Shown here: positions 8,163 through 15,701 of the stretch, in pieces
Layout: each line of letters starts with the position of its first letter
Position numbering within the stretch: position 1 is the stretch's first letter
Assembly (NCBI RefSeq): GCF_020969955.1
Contig: NZ_JAHDSX010000008.1
Coordinates: 1 to 32,000 of the forward strand
Source of the DNA: Allobaculum fili
GTDB lineage: Bacteria > Bacillota_I > Bacilli_A > Erysipelotrichales > Erysipelotrichaceae
Length of the DNA: 32,000 nucleotides
Direction: 5' to 3'
Position numbers and translations under genes: made by a program
The notes under the pieces: model-generated
Databases searched by the model: none
What the model was told of the DNA's origin: nothing
Seen by the model: the letters and a program-made list of their open reading frames with translations, nothing else

Positions 8163-8250
8163 TGGCGCCGGATGGAAGATTCGAACTCCCGGACCCTCTC
8201 GGATCCTCTGTTTTCAAGACAGCTGCCTTAAACCACTCGGCCAATCCGGC
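8163..8250 (-). tRNA. tRNA-Ser (anticodon UGA), class II with long variable arm, CCA encoded
   Basis: Minus strand: GCCGGAT-TG-GCC..GGC-A-GCTGT-CTTGAAA-ACAGA-GGATCCGAGAGGGTCC-GGGAG-TTCGAAT-CTTCC-ATCCGGC-G-CCA. The 7-bp acceptor stem is perfect. The anticodon loop CU-UGA-AA is standard. The variable arm has a 6-bp stem. Total length 88 nt. Confidence 0.8.
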
Positions 8251-8328
8251 AAAAGAAAAGCCGCCCATTTCTGGACGACTTTCAACACTATCATTTTAGC
8301 ACCTTGAATCGTGTGCGTTGTGCACAGT

Positions 8329-8775
8329 TTAGAGCAATCCGCTTGCCACCGCCAGAGATGGCGGAATCTTTTCAAGACATCTGATAATCCGCATCCTTAC
8401 TCCTGAGGCTGTATACCCGATCTCCTGACCGATCTCCCAATAACGCTTACCCTCGATATATGCAGCCTGCAGGATTGGCTGGCTTTCGCTCTCGATCATG
8501 CCGATGAACCTCTCGATCTGTGCGGCCTGCAGGCGATACTGTGCGGCTTTACGCTCTGCCTCAAGCTGATCCGAGAAGATCTCAAGATAGGCCGATTCCT
8601 TAGGTCTTCCGGATCCGCCTGGCTCGTGGCTGTAGCCGATTGCTCCAGGCGTCGCCAGATCTTCGTACTTGGCCTGAAGCATTAGTGCCTCGCGGTCCTT
8701 TTCGCGGGCCATAGCCAGCAGATCAGAGTAGGATTCAAGTCGCCGTTTTACCGATCGTACTTCGTATGCGTTCAA
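8329..8775 (-). CDS. Late-gene transcriptional activator, sigma-70 region-4-type HTH (DUF1492/ArpU/RinA-like)
   Basis: 148 aa. TTG start preceded by GAGGAGG. The C-terminal ILQAAYIEGKRYWEIGQEIGYTASGVRMRIIRCLEKI looks like a sigma region-4 HTH. It occupies the classical position just upstream of the packaging genes. Confidence 0.6.
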   Translation of the reverse strand: MNAYEVRSVKRRLESYSDLLAMAREKDREALMLQAKYEDLATPGAIGYSHEPGGSGRPKESAYLEIFSDQLEAERKAAQYRLQAAQIERFIGMIESESQPILQAAYIEGKRYWEIGQEIGYTASGVRMRIIRCLEKIPPSLAVASGLL

Positions 8776-8790
8776 TGCTGTTGCCTCCTC

Positions 8791-9294
8791 TCAGACGCGA
8801 GTCCAATGATATCCGCCTGCCGTGAGATGCGAGTTTTCAGGAAGCGAAGCTCTGCACAGCGAACTGCGACTAGCTCCTGTTTTCGCGGATCCCTCTCTAA
8901 GAGACTTGAAAACTTCTCCAGTCTCGACGCACTTGACTTTGACTTTCACGCGCGGTGAGCGCCTCGACAGTCTTTGGATCTTATCCTCTGGATTGACGTA
9001 CTCCCAGTGAAGGCCTCCGGCTGTTCCTCCGTTGGCCAGAGCCGAAAAAAGATCAGAAATCCCCATTTCGTCCATGGCGATCGAAGTAGAATCAAACTCG
9101 GTCCCCGTTTCGACACAGCGGACAGGGCGCGGACGCGATCCTCCTTTTTTTTCATCAAGCATGTCGGTTGCGGCGGCATAAGCGAGTTCCCCAGATGTCA
9201 CGCGAGAAACAACCTTATCATCAAGAAGTACTACCCAGTCTCTGTACGCAAGCCGCTTTACGACTACCCTGTCGGTATTTTTAGTAGCTTTCAT
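8791..9294 (-). CDS. DNA-binding protein with two NUMOD1-like HTH repeats (no nuclease domain seen)
   Basis: 167 aa. It has two internal repeats: VRCVETGTEFDS...GGLHWEYV and VKCVETGEVFKSLREGSAKTGASRSSL...TAGGYHWTRV. This pattern occurs in the DNA-binding modules of homing endonucleases. No HNH or GIY-YIG motif is present. Confidence 0.55.
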   Translation of the reverse strand: MKATKNTDRVVVKRLAYRDWVVLLDDKVVSRVTSGELAYAAATDMLDEKKGGSRPRPVRCVETGTEFDSTSIAMDEMGISDLFSALANGGTAGGLHWEYVNPEDKIQRLSRRSPRVKVKVKCVETGEVFKSLREGSAKTGASRSSLCRASLPENSHLTAGGYHWTRV

Positions 9295-9458
9295 CTCTCA
9301 CCCGCCTCCTGGTCGAGAAGACTCGTCCAGTTCCAGATCTTCCGATTCCATCGATGCGCCGCGTCAAGCGCCGCCATTTCCGTCTTGAAGATGCCCACGA
9401 TTTCTTCATCTTCGATTACAACAAATCGATCTCCATATGCTTCGATTGCCATTCTCAT
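9291..9458 (-). CDS. Hypothetical small protein (55 aa)
   Basis: Start placed at MRMAIEAYGDRF..., preceded by GGAGGAAGAAGGAA. Its stop overlaps the next gene's ATG (ATGA). It overlaps the upstream ORF by about 50 nt, so one of the two calls may be wrong. Confidence 0.35.
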   Translation of the reverse strand: MRMAIEAYGDRFVVIEDEEIVGIFKTEMAALDAAHRWNRKIWNWTSLLDQEAGER

Positions 9459-9627
9459 TTCCTTCTTCCTCCAAGTCGTCTTCAATCACGTCAAGCGTGT
9501 TCGGATCGATCTTCGTCGATCTGTATCCGTGCGATTCCCGATGCGTGATCCATGTACCGCTGAGATCCACCGTCAGCTCTTCGCCTCTGACGGTCTTGCC
9601 GCTCATAGACGTTCCTTCGTAGATCAT
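9406..9627 (-). CDS. Hypothetical small protein (73 aa)
   Basis: ATG 9627 overlaps the RusA TGA (ATGA coupling): MIYEGTSMSGKTVRGEELTVDLSG... The C-terminal tail (NRSIWRSICCNRR) looks non-native and overlaps the next ORF. Confidence 0.35.
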   Translation of the reverse strand: MIYEGTSMSGKTVRGEELTVDLSGTWITHRESHGYRSTKIDPNTLDVIEDDLEEEGNENGNRSIWRSICCNRR

Positions 9628-10046
9628 TCTTCGATTCTCCAGTCTTCGCACCGTCCGCCAAGCTCTTCAAGGTTGATCACGATTCCAGGCTCATCAACCC
9701 AAAGCTTTTTACCAGTCTCGATCACGACCTGTGCATCGTCTTCCCAAAACTGCAGCTCGCTCATCACGTCCTTCAGAGTTTTCATCATGTTGTCTGTATC
9801 CGGACGAGTCAGCTTGTATGTGAAGAGCAGCTTTTTCGTTGGGGCTTTAAATCCCCATGTCACCTGCAGGAGGACAGGACCCATGATAGGTGCTTTCGGT
9901 TTATTCGGTTCGAGTGCTGTCTTCAGCTTTCGTTCCCATTGCTTGAGCTGCGGTGTCTTGTAAGTGCCGCCTGTCCGTTTGTATCGAGTACCGCTCTGAT
10001 GTGTCACCCGGTCAGGCTGACCAGGCAGCCAAATTGAAATTCTCAT
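9624..10046 (-). CDS. rusA: RusA-family Holliday junction resolvase
   Basis: 140 aa. The motif RPDTDNMMKTLKDVMSELQFWEDDAQV matches the RusA catalytic Asp cluster pattern (pDxDN..K...D.....DD). Confidence 0.8.
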   Translation of the reverse strand: MRISIWLPGQPDRVTHQSGTRYKRTGGTYKTPQLKQWERKLKTALEPNKPKAPIMGPVLLQVTWGFKAPTKKLLFTYKLTRPDTDNMMKTLKDVMSELQFWEDDAQVVIETGKKLWVDEPGIVINLEELGGRCEDWRIEE

Positions 10047-10075
10047 GATTTTTTCTCTCTTGTGCTTTTCTGCGC

Positions 10076-10320
10076 TCGGTCCTGACAGTCCCTTGTCCCG
10101 TCCGGCGGCTTCAGCCAGACGGTTAGGGACTTGGGACCTGTCAGGGTGGGACTGGGACTCATACCCCTTTAGGGGTAGGAAAATCCCACCCCCTAGGACT
10201 TTCTGATTTTTCAGAAAATCCCACCCTGTTTTTTCGAGGGTAGGACTAACGTAATTTCAGGAAAATCCCACCTAAAATTACGTTAGCTAGGACTTTCTGA
10301 TTTTTCAGAAAATCCCACCC
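10076..10320. repeat. Iteron/dyad array (putative phage replication origin or initiator-binding region)
   Basis: An exact 34-bp direct repeat ctaggactttctgatttttcagaaaatcccaccc occurs at 10193-10226 and 10287-10320. GAAAATCCCACC occurs 4 times (10179, 10214, 10261, 10308), with an inverted TCCCACCC at 10144-10151. GTCCC clusters at 10079-10103 face GGGAC clusters at 10126-10158. Internal palindromes are ttctga/tcagaa and ctaacgtaattt/aaattacgttag. Confidence 0.5.
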
Positions 10321-12352
10321 TCGTAACCTGCCCGTCATTTCGGAGGTATTGGTCTGTGTTTTCGTTCAAAAACTGTCTAATTCTTTTTCTGCTGAGCCCT
10401 GTTTCTTCCTCGATATCTTTCATTTGAGCTGACCCAGACTCTTCGATGAGGTCATCAACTGTTCTTTTGATGGCCTTATCCGTATCAATCTTCTTAGCTG
10501 CTTTTCCGTCTTCAGCCTTGTTAAGGGGCGTCTTTTCACTGTCTCCACGCAGTGCTTGGAACTCTTCATCTGAGTCCCATACGTGAATGGGGTAGTTGAA
10601 CCAGACGTTGAACGGCGGCTTGCTTTCGAAGTTTCTGAGGGTCATTTCTACCCGCAGGCCGGTCGCTTTCATCCATGACTGGTCCCCCTTCTGGGCGGCC
10701 TTTTTCTTTCGAATGGCCTCCGGGACGAAGAGAAAATCAAGGTCAATGGCTGCGTCTACATCGCGTCCGATGACGCCAGATCCGGACCCTCTATCAAGCG
10801 CCCGCTTGCCGTACTGGCTGCCTTTCGCGTGATGATGGGCGTACACCAAATTGGCTCCGGTTTCTTTGCAAAGCCGGTCAAACTCTCTTAACATCTCGTT
10901 TACGTCCTTAGCCGCATTTTCATCGCCAGCCTGGATCTTGTAGATCGGATCGACGATGTAGAAATCTGGCGGGTTGGCCATGCTTTTGTGGCGCTTTATG
11001 ATGCTGTCCACCATGGACTTTGTAGTCACCGATGAGCCTCGAAGATTCCAGATTGAGACGTTTTCCACGCCGTCCATGCTGGACCGCCTGAGCGCCTTCC
11101 ATACGTCCATGACCCTCACAGCGCTGTTCTCTTTGGTCAACTCAAGATTGATGTAGACGGCTCTTTGCTTTGCACATTGGAAGCGCCCCATCCACCATGA
11201 GCCCGTGCCTAGAGCCACCAGCAGCTGGATCAGCGCGAAACTTTTGCCGGCTTTCGACGGTCCTGTGAGCACCAGCTTTTCGCCTCTCCGCAGCACGCCT
11301 CTGATGGTCTCCGGCGGCAGTTCTGGCGGATCTTTAAAGATATCCGCCAGTGATTCATACTCCGGCAGGCTGTCGATCTGGACGTTTTCAGCCCACTCCT
11401 GGTAGCTCCTCTTACCGATATTGACCGACAGCAAAGACTGCTGTTTGTCGCCTCGTTCGCATCCAGCCAGTCTAGTCAGTCTGGAAGGATTCTTGTTTTG
11501 ACTATCGAGGACAAGCCCCTGATCGGTGCAGGCTTTGAAAATGACTCTTACCCGCTCCGCGTACTCCGCCGCGTTCTGGGCGTCTACCTTCACCAGAGCA
11601 TGAGCGCTTTTACTGCCGGACAGTGTGAGCGTCGTGATTGGCAGCTCAAGCCGCTTGTAGATCTCAATTTGTTTATCCAAAGGCATCGAATCCGACTCAA
11701 CCAGGACGTGCTTGAACTTGGTTGTGTTCTCGTTTTTTACACCCTTTCCGTCCATCGGATTGAGCCGCAACCATACACCTGCCTGCTTATTTCTGTCACC
11801 AATGAAACTGTCAAGGCCGCCCTTCAGGAAATCGAGAATCTGGGAAAGCGAGTAAGAAAAACCTTTATTTCCCGGCACCCACTTTCCACGGTCTTCTTTA
11901 TAGATCGCTTTAGTGACGATATTGACCTGGTCATCCGGGTCAAAAAGCGCTTGCAGCTGAAGACGTGCTTGTTCTGCCGGATCAGCAACCATCGGCTTTG
12001 TAGGATCGATAGTTATCTGATAGTTCTCAAGAGCGTACTCTTCGCCTTCCTCCAAGCTCAGAAAAGAGATGGCGGCATTGTCTGGCGTTTTCTTGGACTG
12101 CCATCCGCCCTTCTTTGCCAGGTGAGTGATCGTTGCTCCGGTAGTGCCAGAGCTGTTAAATGTGTTCCATTTCAGTTCACATTCGCCGTCTTTATAGCGA
12201 TCATCTGCGCGCGACCAGCTGTCCCAGATGTTCACCGGCAGGTCCTCCGCTTTGATGGCCATGCCGACCTCGACCCACTCCGAGTAGCTGAGAGCTGCGG
12301 GATCAATATAGGCCAGCATGTCTTTGATCAATGCTTCTTTGTCGATTGCCAT
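10283..12352 (-). CDS. Primase-helicase: PriCT-2-like N-terminus, AEP-type primase core, RecA-like (AAA_25/RepA-like) helicase domain, C-terminal wHTH-like tail
   Basis: 689 aa. N-terminal segment SYSEWVEVGMAIKAEDLPVNIWDSWSRADDRYKDGECELKWNTF. AEP-like motifs VLVESD and SGSKSAHALV. Walker A LTGPSKAGKSF. The tail MKDIEEETGLSRKRIRQFLNEN is HTH-like. The last 12 codons are encoded by iteron copy 2. Confidence 0.85.
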   Translation of the reverse strand: MAIDKEALIKDMLAYIDPAALSYSEWVEVGMAIKAEDLPVNIWDSWSRADDRYKDGECELKWNTFNSSGTTGATITHLAKKGGWQSKKTPDNAAISFLSLEEGEEYALENYQITIDPTKPMVADPAEQARLQLQALFDPDDQVNIVTKAIYKEDRGKWVPGNKGFSYSLSQILDFLKGGLDSFIGDRNKQAGVWLRLNPMDGKGVKNENTTKFKHVLVESDSMPLDKQIEIYKRLELPITTLTLSGSKSAHALVKVDAQNAAEYAERVRVIFKACTDQGLVLDSQNKNPSRLTRLAGCERGDKQQSLLSVNIGKRSYQEWAENVQIDSLPEYESLADIFKDPPELPPETIRGVLRRGEKLVLTGPSKAGKSFALIQLLVALGTGSWWMGRFQCAKQRAVYINLELTKENSAVRVMDVWKALRRSSMDGVENVSIWNLRGSSVTTKSMVDSIIKRHKSMANPPDFYIVDPIYKIQAGDENAAKDVNEMLREFDRLCKETGANLVYAHHHAKGSQYGKRALDRGSGSGVIGRDVDAAIDLDFLFVPEAIRKKKAAQKGDQSWMKATGLRVEMTLRNFESKPPFNVWFNYPIHVWDSDEEFQALRGDSEKTPLNKAEDGKAAKKIDTDKAIKRTVDDLIEESGSAQMKDIEEETGLSRKRIRQFLNENTDQYLRNDGQVTRVGFSEKSESPS

Positions 12353-14047
12353 CTATTCTAACCTACCAATTGATTGCTGTATGCACTCTTGTCTGCCATC
12401 CACTCTGCGGCGCTGGCGTGCGGCTTTAGATCTCATAGAGAGCGGAACATAGTCGGCAGGCCTTCCAAAGCTGTAAGGTACCCGCCAGCCGTTTTGCGCG
12501 ATCTCATCGATCAATTTGGAAGCCTCACTGAACTGCCATTCGCCGACACGCTGGAATCCTTTGCGTTCCAACATCCGAATCTGCTTTGGTGTCGTGAGCC
12601 CTGCTTCTCTGCGCTTCTGAAGCTTGTCCAGAATGAGACGCGCTTTTCCGCATGTCTCTACCTCATCCGGGTTGATGCCCCATTTTTCCAAAGATGCCTT
12701 TTGCTTGTCGGTCATCGGCTTGAGCTCCCATGCAAATGTCTCTTCGTAGCTGGCCAAATCATTTGAACTGATGGACATCTCCCACTGAAGCGGGTCCACA
12801 AATTTTGATTTTCTGGTTTTCAGCTCTCGCAGATGCTCAGCCAGAGCCGCTTCACGCTGCCGAACTACGTCAGACTCTGCCTCAACCTCAAGCTCCTGAA
12901 TGTCTAAACCTTCGATGAGCATGGGATCGTCCGCTTTGTCTTCAAGGATCTCAGTCATCCTTTTCTGAACCTTTGCATCATCTGAGATCAGATGGGCAGG
13001 ATGGCAGAGCTCCATGCGTTCCGAGTGCCAAAGGAAATCAAGAAGCAGCACATACTCTTTACAAGGTGCCAGACGGGTGCCACGGCCTACGATCTGGGTA
13101 TAGAGTGCGCGGATCTTGGTCGGTCTGAGGCAGATCACGCAGTCAATTGATGGACAGTCAAAGCCCTCCGTCAGCAGCATCGAGTTGCACAGGACGTTGG
13201 TTTTGCCTTCCTCAAAATCTCTAAGCTTACGCTGTCTGGCCTCCGGGAAATCAGTCCCGGAAATCTCTTCCGCGTGGAACCCTTTGCGGTTAAGAATCTC
13301 TTTGAACTTTCTGCTGGTTGCGATCAGAGGCAGAAAAGCGATGGTTTTCCGGTCTCTGCAGTACTCCGTCATTTTGTCGGCGATGGCCTCAAGGTACGGA
13401 TCCAGCGCCTCTCCAAGCTCTCCGGCTGAAAAATCGCCACTGCTTTGAGATACGCCACTGATGTCGATGTCGAGTGGGATCGTTAATGCTCTAATTTTTG
13501 AGAGATATCCATCGCGGATCCCCTGAGCGATGGAATATTCAAAAGCGATCGAATCAAAGACTTTTCCAAGATTTCGCTTGTCGCCTCTGTCTGGCGTAGC
13601 GGTTACGCCCAGAATTTTTGCCTGATCGAAGTGCTCTAACACTCTTTGATAGCCGTCAGAGAGGGTATGATGGGCCTCATCGATTACGATGGTGTCAAAG
13701 TAATTTCTGCGAAACTTTGAAAGTCTTTTGGGAGATTGAAGTGTCTGGACAGAGCCGACAACTACGGGCGTTGCCGGCTCATCCAGACAGCTGAACTCTG
13801 CCTTTTCAAGGGCTGTATCGAGTCCAGTCGTTTTCTTGAGCTTGTCGGATGCTTGATCCAGCAGCTCTTTTCTGTGAGCAAGAATCAGGACCTTTTCGCC
13901 GTTTTCTACTAACCGTTTGATTACGTTGCAGAAAACGATAGTTTTGCCTAGGCCAGTAGCCAGGACTAAAAGCGTTTTGCGATGGCCCTGCTCCCACTCT
14001 TGGAAAATCGATTCAACCGCTTGCTTTTGATACGGTCTCAGCTCCAT
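12353..14047 (-). CDS. Superfamily-2 DEAH-box DNA helicase with C-terminal tandem repeat domain
   Basis: 564 aa. Starts MELRPYQKQAV. Walker A ATGLGKT. Motif II VIDEAHH. Motif VI QIVGRGTRL. The C-terminal 120 aa contain two related repeats of about 38 aa. Confidence 0.85.
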   Translation of the reverse strand: MELRPYQKQAVESIFQEWEQGHRKTLLVLATGLGKTIVFCNVIKRLVENGEKVLILAHRKELLDQASDKLKKTTGLDTALEKAEFSCLDEPATPVVVGSVQTLQSPKRLSKFRRNYFDTIVIDEAHHTLSDGYQRVLEHFDQAKILGVTATPDRGDKRNLGKVFDSIAFEYSIAQGIRDGYLSKIRALTIPLDIDISGVSQSSGDFSAGELGEALDPYLEAIADKMTEYCRDRKTIAFLPLIATSRKFKEILNRKGFHAEEISGTDFPEARQRKLRDFEEGKTNVLCNSMLLTEGFDCPSIDCVICLRPTKIRALYTQIVGRGTRLAPCKEYVLLLDFLWHSERMELCHPAHLISDDAKVQKRMTEILEDKADDPMLIEGLDIQELEVEAESDVVRQREAALAEHLRELKTRKSKFVDPLQWEMSISSNDLASYEETFAWELKPMTDKQKASLEKWGINPDEVETCGKARLILDKLQKRREAGLTTPKQIRMLERKGFQRVGEWQFSEASKLIDEIAQNGWRVPYSFGRPADYVPLSMRSKAARQRRRVDGRQECIQQSIGRLE

Positions 14048-14053
14048 GGATCA

Positions 14054-14602
14054 TTACCATTTGGTAGTACCGCTATTCCAGGTTGTTGATGTAGCAGCTG
14101 GATTCTGCGCCTGCCATGCTGGCTGTACTGACTGTACTGGCTGAATTGCCACACTTGCCTGGTAATGGTATTTCTGTTTTTCGGCTTCGACGTTTTCAGG
14201 GAAAATGAATGTCATACCCTGCCAGTCTCCACCGTTATTCATTTTTTTTGTTTCGAGTTTCATCCATCCTTTGTGACCAATAAAACTACTCCATTTAGCC
14301 TTCACTTTTCCATTTGGTCCTACAGGCTCGCCAAGCGCCCTGAACAAAGATGCGATGCGCTGTTGGTTATATTTGGTGTCGAGCAGCTTAAATGTTTCTT
14401 TTCTCTGTTCTGTATGGCCATCAGGCATATACACGAGCATGTCAACAATGCCTGTCGGATAGGTGTTTGGATCGTAGTCGGTCGGCTCGTGCTGTCCATT
14501 TGTAACTCCCTGATACTTGAACTCGTAGAGCCCATCAGGAAGTGCAGAAGAAGCGGAGACTTCTTCTCCCTCGGTAAGTGAAATAAAAGTATTGTTTTCC
14601 AT
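14054..14602 (-). CDS. DUF669-like phage replication/recombination accessory protein (possible ssDNA-binding role)
   Basis: 182 aa. It holds the conserved synteny position between the Sak4-like ATPase and the SF2 helicase. RBS AAGGAGA. The assignment rests on position and general resemblance only. The C-terminus is WNSGTTKW. Confidence 0.45.
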   Translation of the reverse strand: MENNTFISLTEGEEVSASSALPDGLYEFKYQGVTNGQHEPTDYDPNTYPTGIVDMLVYMPDGHTEQRKETFKLLDTKYNQQRIASLFRALGEPVGPNGKVKAKWSSFIGHKGWMKLETKKMNNGGDWQGMTFIFPENVEAEKQKYHYQASVAIQPVQSVQPAWQAQNPAATSTTWNSGTTKW

Positions 14603-14627
14603 TTTTCTTTTCTCCTTTATTTGTCAT

Positions 14628-15701
14628 TTAGAAAGGCAGGTCATCGCTGTCGATGCTGAGCATTTTCTCCTCTTCTGGGGTCCGGCGGGACAGGATCGCC
14701 TGGCTAAGCCCAGCCCACTGAGCGATCAACACCTGCTCAATGAAATCCGCTGGATATGCAGTCATTTCGACATGCTGACCGCCAAAGAAAGGCTGTCTGT
14801 CTACTGCCGTTTCAAGCTCCTGCGCGGTGATGCCTGTCTGCTCCATCAGCTCACAGAGTGTCTGAAACGATGTCATGGCCTGCGGCTGTGGCGCTGACGT
14901 TGGCTGAATCGATGCAGGCGCTGGCGATGGTGTCGGTGTGGGGGTTGGTGAAGGCGCCGGATCAGGGGTGCCCAAACACTTCGAGATCAGATCGATGAGC
15001 GGCTGCGGAAGCTGTTTGTTTTCAAATGGCATTTCACTGGGCAGATCCCAGCGGTTTTTTCCGTCCCACATGGCGGAATGTTCAGTCTGGATGATCCGTC
15101 CGCCTGTTCCTGTAGCTCTGAACTTTTCGCCCTTTTTATCGGTCTGAATGACGATATCGTCGAACTTAAGGAAGAAAACTCCGTCAGCCCACTCTTTGAG
15201 TGCCGCTGAAGTTTTGTTCTGGAGCTTGAGCTGATATCTGTCCCAGGCTCCCCGTTCATCTGGTGCCGTGAACGGCTTGATAGTAGAGTGGGCGGTGATC
15301 AGAATGATCACTCCCATCTCTTCAATTTCTGTCAGTTCGTCCAGAAACTCACGGAATGCTTTATCTAGGATGTTGTAAGACTTTCCGTGATCGTTCTGGC
15401 CTCCAAGACTGTCCCAATGATTGTTGATACAAAGATCTTTCAAAAAGCGGCTTTCCAGCCAGTCAGCGGTATCAATGACAAGGGTGTCACCTGGAAGTTC
15501 ACGTTTAAACTGTTCGATCTGGCCTTTAATTGCCGCCCAAGACTTCGGGCGCGGGTAGTACTGACGATCCTGCAGACTGTCGATCCATTTGGTCGATCCT
15601 TCACAGTCGATAAACCATGGACGAGGGAAAAGACTTGCAAAAGTTGTTTTCCCGACTCCTTCTTGGCCAAAAACGACCATGGCAAACGGATTTTTTACCA
15701 T
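14628..15701 (-). CDS. Sak4-like RecA-fold ATPase (AAA_24) with Pro-rich linker and C-terminal domain ending in an SSB-like DDLPF tip
   Basis: Start moved to ATG 15701 (MVKNPFAMVVFGQEGVGKTTF, Walker A), preceded by GGAGGAG. It overlaps the upstream stop (ATGGTAA). Walker B-like LVIDTAD. Linker PDPAPSPTPTPTPSPAPAS is encoded at 14880-14969. The protein ends SIDSDDLPF. Confidence 0.7.
   Translation of the reverse strand: MVKNPFAMVVFGQEGVGKTTFASLFPRPWFIDCEGSTKWIDSLQDRQYYPRPKSWAAIKGQIEQFKRELPGDTLVIDTADWLESRFLKDLCINNHWDSLGGQNDHGKSYNILDKAFREFLDELTEIEEMGVIILITAHSTIKPFTAPDERGAWDRYQLKLQNKTSAALKEWADGVFFLKFDDIVIQTDKKGEKFRATGTGGRIIQTEHSAMWDGKNRWDLPSEMPFENKQLPQPLIDLISKCLGTPDPAPSPTPTPTPSPAPASIQPTSAPQPQAMTSFQTLCELMEQTGITAQELETAVDRQPFFGGQHVEMTAYPADFIEQVLIAQWAGLSQAILSRRTPEEEKMLSIDSDDLPF

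Noticed and set aside
9406-9485. Programmed frameshift joining the overlapping ORFs 9406-9627 and 9291-9458
   Set aside because: No slippery heptamer (X XXY YYZ) or downstream structure is visible in the overlap. An internal RBS plus ATG for the second ORF explains the layout more simply.
8974-9963. 329-aa plus-strand ORF spanning several small phage genes
   Set aside because: It runs antisense through four separately coupled minus-strand genes, including RusA. The sequence is Ser/Arg/Phe-rich and low-complexity.
10193-10320. 34-bp direct repeats separated by 60 bp could suggest a mini CRISPR array
   Set aside because: Only two full copies exist. The supposed spacer itself contains further partial copies of the same motif. 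One copy lies inside a CDS. There are no cas genes. The iteron or regulatory interpretation fits better.
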